Positions 42,953 to 54,343 of a DNA stretch of 64,000 nucleotides are shown here, one piece after another (the first letter of the stretch is position 1; each line of letters begins with the position of its first letter). Source of the DNA: an uncultured delta proteobacterium (GTDB lineage: Bacteria; Desulfobacterota; Binatia; UBA9968); NCBI GenBank assembly GCA_963755715.1, contig CAVWLW010000073.1:64001-128000 (forward strand), in the 5' to 3' direction. The position numbers were made by a program, and so were the translations under genes. Below the pieces are notes generated by a model, which saw nothing but the letters and a program-made list of their open reading frames with translations, was not told the origin of the DNA and searched no databases.

Positions 42953-45900
42953 ATGAGCCTTTCCGCCCCATTCATTCACCGGCCCGTGGCGACCGTTTTA
43001 CTGACCGCGGCAATTGCACTGGCGGGGGCCGTCGCCTTCACGGTCCTGCCGGTATCGCCGCTGCCCCAGATTGACTTCCCCACCATTACGGTGGCAGCGG
43101 CTTTTCCGGGAGCAAGTCCCGAGACCATGGCTTCCTCGGTCGCGGCACCGCTGGAGCGGCAGTTCGGGCGGATCGCCGGCGTGACGGAAATGACGTCAAC
43201 GAGCTCTCTCGGCGCGACTGCGATCACACTGCAGTTCGACTTGAACCGGAATATCGACGCGGCGGCGAGAGACATTGAAGCCGCCATCAATGCCGCTCGT
43301 GGTTATCTGCCGACTGATCTGCCGAACAATCCGACGTATCGAAAGGTCAATCCGGCAGATGCGCCAATTCTGATTGTGGCGCTGACGTCGGACGTCTACG
43401 ATCCCGGCCGCCTCTATGATGTGGCCTCGACGATCTTGCAGCAGAAGCTGTCGCAGATAGACGGAGTCGGGCAAGTCACTGTCGGTGGCAGTTCGTTGCC
43501 TGCTGTGAGGGTAGAGGTGAATCCCACCGCGTTGAACAAGTACGGGCTCGGCCTGGAGGATATTCGCAACATGTTGAGCGTACAGAATGCCAATCGGCCG
43601 AAGGGACGGATAGCGGATGATACGACCACGTCGGATCTGGCGGCGAACGACCAGCTCCTCAAGGCCGACGCCTATAGGCCGCTGATCGTCAGCTATCAGA
43701 ATGGCGCTGCCCTCAAGTTGTCGGATGTCGCCAACGTACAGGATTCGGTGGAAGACTTACGAGCGGCCGGAATAACCAATGGAAAGCCGTCCGTGCTGGT
43801 GGTTATTTCTCGCGAGCCGGGGGCGAATATCATCGCTACCGTGGACCGCGTGCGGGAGGCCCTTCCTCAGCTCAAGGCTTCCATTCCTGCAGCGATCGAT
43901 CTCACGGTTGTCCTCGATCAGACGACCACGATCCGGGCATCCGTGCATGACGTGGAGCAGACGCTGCTTATCTCGATTGGGCTCGTCATTATCGTCGTGT
44001 TCATCTTTCTCAGAAATGTCCGCGCAACGTTTATTCCAAGCGTGGTGGTCCCGGTCTCGTTAATCGGCACCTTCGGGGTGATGTATTTGTGTGGTTACAG
44101 TCTCGACAACCTCTCGTTGATGGCGCTCACGATTTCAACCGGCTTCGTCGTCGATGACGCGATTGTCGTCATCGAAAACGTGACCCGGCATCTCGAGCAG
44201 GGAATGCGACCGATGGAAGCCGCGTTGAAAGGAGCCCAAGAAATCGGCTTCACGGTACTGTCCATCAGTATCTCGCTGGTTGCCGTATTCATTCCGATCT
44301 TGCTGATGGGTGGCATCGTCGGGCGCTTGTTCCGCGAATTTGCCGTCACCCTCTCGACTGCCATTCTCGTTTCGCTCGTCGTTTCATTGACCACCACTCC
44401 CATGATGTGCGCCAGGCTTCTCAAGCACCAGCGCGAGGAAGATCACGGCAGACTCTATCGGGCGAGCGAGGAAGTTTTCCTTTGGGTACTGCGCCTGTAC
44501 GAACACAGCCTTGCATGGGTCCTGCGCCACGCGGCCTTGACGCTGGGTGTTCTCCTGCTCACGATCGGCGTGAATGTCTATCTCCTCGTCATTGTGCCTA
44601 AAGGATTTTTTCCGCAGCAGGATACCGGGCGCATCATTGGAGGCATTCAGGGTGTCCAAGATACGTCCTTTCAGGCGATGCGGCAAAGGATTACGCGCTT
44701 CGTAGACATTGTTAGAGCTGATCCGGCCGTAGCCAACGTGATGGCCTTTACAGGCAGCGGGGCAGGCACGACGACGAATACCGGCAGAGTATTTATGGCG
44801 TTGAAGCCGCTCGAGGAGCGCAACGTCAGCGCAGATCAACTGATCAATCGTTTGCGGCCAAAACTGGCGACGGTGCCGGGAGCGGCGCTTTATCTGCAAG
44901 GGGTGCAAGACTTGCGCATCGGAGCCAGGCTGGGGAACGCGCAATATCAATACACGATTCAGAGCGATAATCTTGAGGATTTGACCCGATGGGGGCCCAC
45001 TCTCCTCCAACAAATGAGGAAGCTCCCCGGCCTGGCGGACGTCAGCAGCGATCAACAGAACAACGGCCTTCAGGCATCACTCGTATACGACCGTTTGACG
45101 GCATCGAGATTAGGAATCACGCCGCAGATGATTGATGACACGCTCTCCGATGCCTTCGGGCAACGGCAGGTATCGACGATGTTCACGCAATTGAACCAGT
45201 ACCACGTTGTCATGGAAGTGGAGCCAGAGTTCTGGCAAAGCCCGGAAGGACTGAAACAGATCTACGTTCGCGCGGCTAACGGCGGCGGTGGTTCCGCTAA
45301 GCGCATTCACCCATTACGAGCCAACCACGGCGCCCCTCGCTGTGAACCATCAGGGACAGTTTCCGTCGGTGACGCTTGTCGTTCAATCTTGCGCCCGGTG
45401 TCGCCCTCAGTGATGCCGTAAGCCGCATCCATCAGACTGGAACAGAGTATGGGAATGCCGGCGACAATTCATGGAAGCTTTTCCGGGACACTGCAAGCGT
45501 TCCAGGCGTCTTTGGCGAACTCAACCCCTTCTGATTACTGCCGCGCTGATAGCAGTCTACATCGTGCTCGGGTATTCTCTATGAAAGCTACATTCACCCG
45601 ATCACGATTCTATCGACTCTGCCGTCGGCGGGCATGGGCGCGGTCCTGGCGCTGTTGATCTGCCGCACGGATCTCAGTGTGATCGCTCTGATCGGCATCA
45701 TCCTCTTAATTGGTATCGTGAAGAAGAACGCGATCATGATGATCGATTTCGCGCTCGAGGCGGAGCGCCAGGAAGGCAAGAGCCCGCAGGAGGCGATCTA
45801 CCAGGCATGCCTGTTGCGCTTTCGGCCGATCATGATGACCACGATGGCGGCGCTCTTCGGGGCGCTGCCCCTGGCTTTGGGGACGGAGTCGGGTCGGAGC

Positions 45901-46073
45901 TGCGCCGCCCGCTCGGCATCGCCATCGTCGGCGGCCTGATCGTGAGCCAGATGCTCACCTTGTACACCACGCCGGTGGTGTATCTCTATCTTGACCGCTG
46001 CCGGCTGTGGTTCGAGCGCCGCCGACAGAACTTGCGCGACCGATGGCGCGCAGAAGCAGCGCCGGAATTGTGA
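42953..46073 (+). CDS. mdtC: RND efflux transporter MdtC/MuxC (several frameshifts, 45280-45900)
   Basis: [44 protein letters not shown]. Confidence 0.9.
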
Positions 46074-46076
46074 TCA

Positions 46077-47546
46077 ATGGGTTGCATGCAGAAAATATTG
46101 CGCGCCGCGATGAAACATCGCCGTTTCGCCCCAGCGATCGTAGCGGCAATGCTGATGCCCTTGAGCGCATGCATGGTAGTGGGGCCGGACTACGTCCGGC
46201 CTACGGTCATCACGCCCGATGCTTACAAAGAGATCGACGGCTGGAGAGTCGCGCAGCCAAAGGACGACCTGATCCGCGGCGCTTGGTGGGAAATCTTCGG
46301 TGATCCCCAGCTGAACGCGTTGGTTGCTCAGGTCAGCGTCTCGAACCAGAACCTCGCCGTGGCGGAGGCACAGTACCGCGAGGCTCAGGCGCTGGTGCGT
46401 GAGGCCCGCGCTAGTTACTTTCCGACGGCGACGATCGGCATCGGCGCCAACCGATCGAGCTCATCGACTACCACCGGGGGAGGTCCAGCGTCGCCGAGGA
46501 CTGCCATTTCCAACTATTCATTGCCTCTCGACGTATCGTGGGAGATCGACGTCTGGGGTCGAATTCGCCGCACGGTGGAGTCCAACCAGGCGAGCGCTCA
46601 GGCGAGCGCTGGAGACGTGGAGGCCGCGCGCCTGAGCGCTCAGGGGGCTTTGGCACAGAATTACTTTCTATTGCGCGAGCTCGATGCGCAGAAACAGCTC
46701 CTGACAGAGACAGTCGCTGCCTTTCAGAAGTCCCTAGATCTCACCGAGGGACTGTATAGCCAAGGAGTGGACTCCGAGGCGGACGTGCTACAGGCGGAGA
46801 CCCAGCTCAAGACTACGCAGGCCCAGCTCATCAATGTGGGCGTCCAGCGCGCGCAGCTCGAGCACGCGATCGCGGTGCTGATTGGGAAACCGGCCTCCGA
46901 TTTTTCCATTCCGGCCACGCCCCTTGCAGGTACACCGCCGGAGATTCCCGTCGGCGTGCCCTCTGAGTTGCTCGAGCGCCGGCCGGACATCGCTGCCTCC
47001 GAGCGGAGCGTTGCGGCTGCGAATGCACAAATCGGCGTTGCCGAAGCTGCGTTTTACCCAACGGTCACGCTCAGCGCCTCCCTTGGCTTGGAGAGCTCGA
47101 GCCTGGGGAAATTGGCCACGGCGGCGAGTCGCTTCTGGTCGGTAGGGGCGTCCATTTCGGAGACCGTATTCGACGGTGGCCTGCGGCGGGCGCAAACCGA
47201 CTTCGCGCGGGCGGCTTACGACGCGACCGTCGCAACCTATCGGCAGACCGCGCTGACCGCCTTTCAGGGGGTAGAGGACAATCTCGCTGCGCTGCGTATC
47301 CTCGAGGAAGAAGCTGGGGTGCAGAACGAAGCGGTAAAGGCGGCGGAAAAGTCCGTCGTCTTGACGATGGACCAATACAAGGCGGGCACCGTCAGCTATC
47401 TCAACGTGGTTACAGCGCAGACAATCGCCCTGACGAACGAGACGACTGCAGTCCAGATCCTCGGCCAGCGCATGACCGCTGCCGTGCTCCTCGTCCAGGC
47501 CCTGGGCGGCGGTTGGAACATCTCCGACCTACCATCGAACCCGTGA
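46077..47546 (+). CDS. Efflux outer-membrane factor lipoprotein (NodT/OprM family)
   Basis: LSAC-MVVGPDYVRP, WWEIFGDPQL, SWEIDVWGR, PSELLERRPDI, ALGGGW. Confidence 0.92.
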   Translation: MGCMQKILRAAMKHRRFAPAIVAAMLMPLSACMVVGPDYVRPTVITPDAYKEIDGWRVAQPKDDLIRGAWWEIFGDPQLNALVAQVSVSNQNLAVAEAQYREAQALVREARASYFPTATIGIGANRSSSSTTTGGGPASPRTAISNYSLPLDVSWEIDVWGRIRRTVESNQASAQASAGDVEAARLSAQGALAQNYFLLRELDAQKQLLTETVAAFQKSLDLTEGLYSQGVDSEADVLQAETQLKTTQAQLINVGVQRAQLEHAIAVLIGKPASDFSIPATPLAGTPPEIPVGVPSELLERRPDIAASERSVAAANAQIGVAEAAFYPTVTLSASLGLESSSLGKLATAASRFWSVGASISETVFDGGLRRAQTDFARAAYDATVATYRQTALTAFQGVEDNLAALRILEEEAGVQNEAVKAAEKSVVLTMDQYKAGTVSYLNVVTAQTIALTNETTAVQILGQRMTAAVLLVQALGGGWNISDLPSNP

Positions 47547-47657
47547 GCAACAAGCGACTGGGATTGAAGTCGATTTGCATCGCTCCGACGCTTGAATGAA
47601 AAGTTCAACGCCGGTGCAAGAGATTCGTTGATGACATTAAACGAACGTTCTGACGAA

Positions 47658-49064
47658 CTAGCGCTTTACCGGCTGTGGCAGATCTTTAGATGCCTCTTCC
47701 TGCGTCAATGGAGAGTAGTTTGTATTCCGTGCGATGCCAAGTTTTTGCATTTTAGACAACAAAGTAGTGCGCTTGAGGCCCAGCCGGACTGCCGCGCCAT
47801 GCGGTCCTCCGATGACCGCGCCGGCTTCCCGCAAAGCCTGCAGGATTCGCTGCCGTTCCACATCTTCCAGCGTGCCCGCCATAGATGCCAAGACTCGATT
47901 GGATTCTTGCAGGTCGCTGACTTGAATCTGCAAAACGTTTCCTGGCGTCATTATCACGGCTCGTTCGATCAAGTTTTGGAGCTCGCGTATGTTTCCCGGC
48001 CAAGAATAACGACAAAGCGCGGCCATCGTCTCTTCGGGAACCACGTCAATTTGCTTGTTCATGCGCTGTGAATATTTATCCACGTAATATTGCACCAAGA
48101 GCGAAATGTCCTCCGATCGCTCGCGCAGCGGTGGTATCCGAATTGGAAATACGTTCAGCCGAAAATACAGATCTTCGCGGAATTGTTTTTCGGCCACCAT
48201 CTCTTCCAAATCACGGTTCGTCGCCGCTATCAGCCGCACGTCGACGCGAACGGTTCGGGAGTTTCCTAGTCGTTCAAACTCCTGCTCCTGCAGGACCCGC
48301 AAGAGCTTAGGCTGCAGCTCCAACGGAATATCGCCTACTTCATCGAGAAACAGCGTCCCTCCGTTCGCCAGCTCGAAGCGGCCGATTTTCTGTGAAACCG
48401 CGCCGGTAAAAGCTCCCTTTTCATGACCAAACAACTCGCTTTCCAATAACCCCGAGGGAATCGCCGCGCAATTGAGCTTGACGAAGGGACGATTGGAACG
48501 GGAACTGACGTTGAGGATCGCTCGCGCGATAACTTCCTTGCCGGTGCCGGTCTCGCCGAGAAGCAGCACGGTCGAATCCGTCGGCGCTACGACCTCAACT
48601 TGATTCAAAACGTTTCTTAGTGCGGCGCTCTTGCCGACTATGTCGCCAAATTTATGGGTGGCAAGATCCCCTTTTTGCTTCGGCGCCCGCTGATTCCGGG
48701 CGATCCCTTGCTGGATCGCATCCAGCAGGTCCTCATCATTGAAAGGCTTGGTTAAAAACTCCAGCGCGCCGGCTTTGATCGCTCGCACCGACGTCGGAAT
48801 GTCGCCGTGACCCGTGAGAAAAACAATTGGGATCTGAATATCCGCCTTGGCAAGCTCCTGTTGCAGATCGAGTCCGCTTAGCCCGGGGAGCTGCACATCC
48901 AGCACCAAACAGCTCGGTGCATCGGTTTGCGGATGGGCCAAAAACTCCTGCGCGGAGGCAAAGGCCTCGACCCTCAACCCCACTGATCGGATCAAGCTGC
49001 TCAGAGCCTCGCGCACTGACGCATCATCATCCACGACATATATAAGAGGAGCTATCTTACTCAT
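47658..49064 (-). CDS. Sigma54-dependent response regulator (REC-AAA+-HTH; FhlA/HyfR-like AAA+)
   Basis: REC domain, GETGTGKE, GAFTGA, LFLDEVG, WPGNIREL, RLGLKRTTL. Confidence 0.93.
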   Translation of the reverse strand: MSKIAPLIYVVDDDASVREALSSLIRSVGLRVEAFASAQEFLAHPQTDAPSCLVLDVQLPGLSGLDLQQELAKADIQIPIVFLTGHGDIPTSVRAIKAGALEFLTKPFNDEDLLDAIQQGIARNQRAPKQKGDLATHKFGDIVGKSAALRNVLNQVEVVAPTDSTVLLLGETGTGKEVIARAILNVSSRSNRPFVKLNCAAIPSGLLESELFGHEKGAFTGAVSQKIGRFELANGGTLFLDEVGDIPLELQPKLLRVLQEQEFERLGNSRTVRVDVRLIAATNRDLEEMVAEKQFREDLYFRLNVFPIRIPPLRERSEDISLLVQYYVDKYSQRMNKQIDVVPEETMAALCRYSWPGNIRELQNLIERAVIMTPGNVLQIQVSDLQESNRVLASMAGTLEDVERQRILQALREAGAVIGGPHGAAVRLGLKRTTLLSKMQKLGIARNTNYSPLTQEEASKDLPQPVKR

Positions 49065-49276
49065 GGGGGCACCTCTTTCCTTTGCTACAGGATCTTCAGT
49101 AAGAAAATTAACCGTGTCCTATTCGCCCAACCCCGACAGCTACATGATGTCTCTGCTTGTCATGGGTTGTCAACGATTGTTACCTATAATTAACAATCCA
49201 TCTGGATAGGCGTAGGTTGGGAAATTGTCCGGAGTTTGTTTTATCTTTTGCAATCTCGAAAATCTTTCGTTTTATG

Positions 49277-49663
49277 TCATTTAGACTTGAGAGCCGTGTC
49301 GATTGCCTTCAATAACGCTTCCTCGCTGAATGGTTTGAGTAAGTATTCCACTGCGCCGCCGTTGAGGGCCCGCACCCGCGCCTCTTCATCGCCATGAGCG
49401 GTGATGAAGATAACCGGGATCGACATATGACTGGCAGCTAAGCGACGTTGAAGCTCGAGTCCATTCATGCCAGGCATGCGCACATCGAGGATCAGGCAGT
49501 CCGTATCGGAGAGATGATTCGAATTCAAAAACTCTTCGGCCGAAGCAAACACCAGAGCTCCGAACCCGACAGAACGGATTAAACCGCTGAGAGATTCGCG
49601 GACCGAGTCGTCATCATCGACGATTGATATAAGTGGAAGAATTAGGCATGCTGACTCTTTCAT
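49277..49663 (-). CDS. Single-domain response regulator (FixJ-like REC)
   Basis: IVDDD, LDVRMP, FITAH, LLKPF. Confidence 0.9.
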   Translation of the reverse strand: MKESACLILPLISIVDDDDSVRESLSGLIRSVGFGALVFASAEEFLNSNHLSDTDCLILDVRMPGMNGLELQRRLAASHMSIPVIFITAHGDEEARVRALNGGAVEYLLKPFSEEALLKAIDTALKSK

Positions 49664-49703
49664 ATCGCTGGTGATGATTTAAGTTAGCAGCGTTTTAAAC
49701 GAA

Positions 49704-49726
49704 GAATCTATTATACTTTGGTATAG
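49704..49726 (-). promoter_or_regulatory. Conserved 23-bp operator-like motif, copy 1
   Basis: GAATCTATTATACTTTGGTATAG; 22/23 identical to 63393-63415; palindromic core TATAC-N4-GTATA. Confidence 0.65.
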
Positions 49727-49785
49727 GTGGTTAAGAGGCCTTGAGCTCCGCCGCCGCTCCTACAATATTTTGGCGCGAGGAATTC

Positions 49786-50391
49786 TCAGCTTCTCACACA
49801 TCCTGACCAGATCCGCCAGAGACTCCGCCTGCATTTTTTGCATGACTTGACCGCGATGAACTTTGACAGTGATCTCGCTGGTGCCCAGCTCGGCGGCGAC
49901 TTGTTTGTTGAGCATGCCCGGAGACCACCAACTCCATCACCTCTCGCTCGCGCGGCGTCAGCGATTCGTACCGGGCCATAAAGTTCCGCCATCTCGGCAT
50001 GTTGTCGGCGTGCGGCCCGGTCGCGTTTTATCGCCTGATGAATCGCATCCAATAGATCCCGATCACGGAATGGCTTGGTAAGAAACTCAATGGCTCCCGC
50101 TTTCATCGCCTGCACCGAGGTTGGAACATCGCCATGGCCCGTAATAAAAATAATCGGAATCTCAATGTTGGCTTCCGCCATCCGTTTCTGCAGATCGAGC
50201 CCGCTCAGACCCGGCAGTCGAACATCCAAGACCAGACAGCTCGGCACATCCGACCGCGGGCGTGCCAAAAACTCCTGTGCAGAGGCAAAGGTCTCAACTC
50301 CCAAGCCGGCCGATCGAATCAGACTTCCCAAACCTTCTCGCACTGACACGTCGTCGTCCACGACAAAGACGATTGCTTTGGGTCCGGCCAT
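49786..50391 (-). CDS. FixJ/NodW-family response regulator (REC + LuxR HTH; frameshifts ~49980, ~49915)
   Basis: REC domain, then [18 protein letters not shown] in a shifted frame. Confidence 0.85.
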   Translation of the reverse strand: MAGPKAIVFVVDDDVSVREGLGSLIRSAGLGVETFASAQEFLARPRSDVPSCLVLDVRLPGLSGLDLQKRMAEANIEIPIIFITGHGDVPTSVQAMKAGAIEFLTKPFRDRDLLDAIHQAIKRDRAARRQHAEMAELYGPVRIADAARARGDGVGGLRACSTNKSPPSWAPARSLSKFIAVKSCKKCRRSLWRIWSGCVRS

Positions 50392-50399
50392 AGCGCTCC

Positions 50400-50910
50400 C
50401 TAGAGGTACTTCAAAAGCGTAAATTGAAATGTTGTACCGGGACTCTCATTAGGTACGGTCCAAAGGTGCCCGCCGTGGTTCTCGATAATCGAACGACTGA
50501 TCGCCAGCCCCATCCCCATTCCCTGCGATTTGGTGGTGTAAAAGGTATCGAAAATCTTTTCCAGATTCTGCCGAGTCGATCCCAATACCGGAATCTTGCA
50601 CGGCGACGAGTACTTTGTCTGATTCATGTTGACGAGAACGGATGAACAACTCTCGAGGTCGATCGGCTACTGATGCCATCGCTTCGATACCGTTCATCAC
50701 CAGATTGAGAATCACTTGTTGAAACTGGATCCGGTCACCCATCACAAACGGCAGATCATCGGCTAGCTCTGTCGGTAATGCAACACGATTTCGTCGCACT
50801 TCACCCTCGGCAAGCGCAATGACCTCCCCAATGGTGTCGTTGATGTTTAGTCGCACTTTCTCTGTATCCGTTTTCCTGACGAGCGCTCGAATGCGCGCGA
50901 TCACCTCACC
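50400..50910 (-). pseudogene. Orphan histidine-kinase C-terminal (HATPase) segment joined out of frame to the upstream kinase
   Basis: GEVIARIRALV...QQVILNLVMNG...GMGMGLAISRSIIENHGG, with no N-terminal part. Confidence 0.6.
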
Positions 50911-53852
50911 CTGATCGCGAGTCCCATCCCCATTCCCTGCGACTTGGTGGTGTAGAAAGTATCGAAGATCTTTTCAAGATTCTGCCGATCAATCCCGATC
51001 CCAGAATCTTGCACGGCGACGAGCACATTATCGGATTCGTGCGGAGAGGATCGAATAAGCAGGTCCCGCGGTCGATCCGTGACCGTATCCATGGCTTCGA
51101 TACCGTTCATCACCAGATTAAGAATTACTTGTTGCAACTGGATTCGATCGCCCAATACAGGCGGGACATTGGTGGCCAAGTCCATGCGTATCGCCACTCC
51201 TTTTCGCACCGCTTCATTTTGCATCAGAAGGATGACTTCCTGAATGGTTTGGTTAATGTCGAGGCGCACTTGCTCGGTATCGGTTTTTTGTACGAGCGCT
51301 CGAATGCGCGCGATCACCTCGCCTGCCCGATTGCCATCGCGGACAATGCGGCTCACGGCGTTGCGCGCTTCGTCGAGGTTTGGGGTCGCCGCGGCAAGCC
51401 AGCGCAGCGAGGCATTGGCGTTTGCGATGACGGCGGTGAGCGGCTGGTTGACTTCATGCGCAATCGAGGCGGTCATCTCGCCCAGAGTTGCCACCCGCGT
51501 AACGTGGGCGAGCTCCATCTGTGCATGGTGCAACGCATCTTCGGCGCGCTTGCGCTCGATGAACTGACCTATCTGGCTGCCTATGGTAGCCATCATGTCG
51601 AGCAGATCCTGATCGGGCTGCCTGATCTCGTAGCTGAAGAACTCCATGACCCCCAAAACTTCGCCGCCGAGCAGGATGGGAAAACCGAAGGCCGCGTGCA
51701 GCACTTCGCGCGCGGCGATGGGCGCGCGCGGAAAATTAGCATCACGGACGACATCGGGAATGTACAGGGGCTCACGGCTGAACCAGACTCGGCCGGGCAG
51801 CCCGATCCCGGGGATAAAAGTGGTCGCGTGGCTGGTGGCCTCAAATTCCGGGACCTCTATGGATTCTTTATGCCAAACCTCGACGCATCGTAGTACGCCC
51901 GCCTCTTTGTCTAGGCTCCATAGCGCCCCCACGTCCCATACCAGACACTCACACACGGCTCGAAGAATTTTTGCAGTGGCTTCCTGGAGAGTAGCCGCCT
52001 GCGCCAGTATCTGTGTGACGGTATGTTGCGCCACTAGGCGCTGCTCGGCCTGCTTGCGCTCGGTGATGTCTTGCACCGTGCCGAACATGCGCCGGGGCCG
52101 GCCCGACTCGTCCCACATGACATCGCCCTGACTATGCACGAGTCGCACCTCGCCGTTGGGCCGGACCACTCGGTACTCCACATCGTAGCGCGGGCCACCC
52201 CGAAGCGCCTCCGCCACGGCTTTAATTACGATCTGTTTATCTTCGGGATGAACCAGTTCCGGCAATTGGGCTAGGTTTAGAATCCGTTCTTGCGGGCTGC
52301 AGCCCAAAGATGCGGTAGGTTTCGTCCGACCAAGTGATAAGATCCGTATCGGTGTCGCGCTCCCAGTGGCCGACGTGCGCGAGGCTCTGGGCTTCTTCCA
52401 GCTTGCGCTCGCTTTCGCCCTGGTTGCGAAACATCAATAAGCTGGTCAGAGCATCTTCCAACCGTCGGCCGATCTCCTGGAAAAGCCGCTCTTCCTGCGA
52501 GTGTCCAGACTCGCGGGTACGAGCACTGGTGCAGCCCCAACATGTAGGGCTTGTCCCCTTTGGGATAAACCGCCATGGCAATAATGAGACTGTATGCTGA
52601 AACGCTTCGCCGTTTCTGCCGGCAGCGAATGTTCCGATGCCGGACCAAATCGCACAGGACCACTGGAAGCTCTGACGGTTTGGAACGCCTTCGCGACGTC
52701 CGGAACCACGGGCAGATCGAGTCCCAAGGCGAAGGCACCGGGAAATTCGGGTCGAACATGTTCCATCGACACTTTCCACGATGCAGCCTCCGGATCACAG
52801 GGATAGACCAGCCACGCTCGATCGCAATTAAAGATCGCAAGCATTGCGTCAAGCACATCGCTCATCATCTGCTCGAGGTCGTTCGTTCCCTGGATGGCTC
52901 GGTTAACCTGATCCATGCTCTCCAGGAACCAGAGATGAGCCTGGCGCTCCTCCTCGGCCCGCTTACGCTCGATCGCGATACTCGCAAGATCGGTGATCTG
53001 TTCGATGATGCTTTGCTGTTGTGGCGTAGGACTTCGCGGTTCGCGGGAGTAGATCGCGAAGGTTCCCAGCACCCGGCCATCCGACGCGAGTACCGGCGTA
53101 GACCAACACGCTCGGAGCCCGTGTGGTAAGGCCAGCTCGCGATAGTTGGCCCACAGCGGATCCGTGGCGATGTCGGAGACGATTACTGGTTCTTTGCGAT
53201 AAGCGGCCGTTCCGCACGATCCCGCGGCAGGACCGATAAAGCCACCGTCGATCGCGTCGGTATAGCTCTTTGGAAGGCTCGGCGCTGCGCCGTGCCAAAG
53301 GCGATTGCCATCCGGATCCAACAACAGAATCGAAGCCAGAGAACCTTCGGACAGCTCTTCGACAAGCCGGCACAAGGCTTCGAGGATCATGGAGAGGGAA
53401 TTGCCTTTGGCGATCATTTCTAAAAGCCGTTTCTCTTCCGACAGTAATGCTTCGGCGCGCTTGCGCTCGCCTCTCTCCTTCGCTTCACGTAATGCTCGGT
53501 GCACCGAGGGCGCAATTCTCGATAGCCGCTGTTTTAAAATATAATCGGTTGCGCCAATCTTGAGTGCTTCAACCGCCACTTCTTCGCCCAGGGTTCCAGA
53601 GACAAAGATGAAAGGCACATCGGGACATTTTTCCAGGGCGATTTTCAATGCAGAAAGGCCGTCGAAGGAGGGCAGGGTGTAATCTGTAAGGATCAGGTCA
53701 AAACCCCCGCGCTCGATTGAAGCGAAGAAATCAGCCTGAGTGTCAACGCGTGTTACAGCACAGATAATGCCTTCGGTCTCAAGAATTCCCTGAATAAGTT
53801 CTGCATCCGTGGGGTTATCTTCAAGATGCAGAATACGCAAAGGAGGCTTCAT
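50901..53852 (-). CDS. Hybrid sensor kinase REC-GAF-GAF-PAS-GAF-HisKA-HATPase (frameshifts; truncated after the G2 box)
   Basis: LHLEDN REC, GSCGTAAY GAF, ASIAHEVNQP H-box, ends GMGMGLAI. Confidence 0.8.
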
Positions 53853-53887
53853 AATTACTATCTAGCTCGCTTTTGAAATCATTCTGG

Positions 53888-54340
53888 TCATTTCTTTCTT
53901 ATGCTTCCTGGTGGCGGCTCATTGATGACTGCCCAGAAAATGCCAAGTTCTTTGATCGCATTGACAAACTCGTGGAAATCAACCGGCTTTACCACGTAGG
54001 CGTTCACGCCAAGTTTATAGCTTGCTACCATGTCTCTTTCCTCACGAGAGGATGTGAGCACTACCACAGGAATCATTTTCAGTTTCTCATTGGATTTAAT
54101 CTGCTGCAGCACCTCCAAGCCATCGACCTTGGGCAACTTTAGATCGAGCAGCAGGACAGCTGGGTTATCACTGGTGCGCATCTTGAAATTCCCCCGGCAA
54201 TAAAGATAATCCAGAGCCTCTTCGCCATCACGCGTGACGACAACCTCGTTGGCAAGGTTATATTCCTCCAGAGCTGTCAGAGTAAGTTCCACGTCTTTGG
54301 GATCGTCCTCCACGATCAAAATACGTCCTAACTCGCTCAT
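53888..54340 (-). CDS. Single-domain response regulator (Rcp1-like)
   Basis: ILIVEDD, LLLDLKLP, VVLTSS, YVVKPVDF, FWAVIN. Confidence 0.92.
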   Translation of the reverse strand: MSELGRILIVEDDPKDVELTLTALEEYNLANEVVVTRDGEEALDYLYCRGNFKMRTSDNPAVLLLDLKLPKVDGLEVLQQIKSNEKLKMIPVVVLTSSREERDMVASYKLGVNAYVVKPVDFHEFVNAIKELGIFWAVINEPPPGSIRKK

Positions 54341-54343
54341 AAT

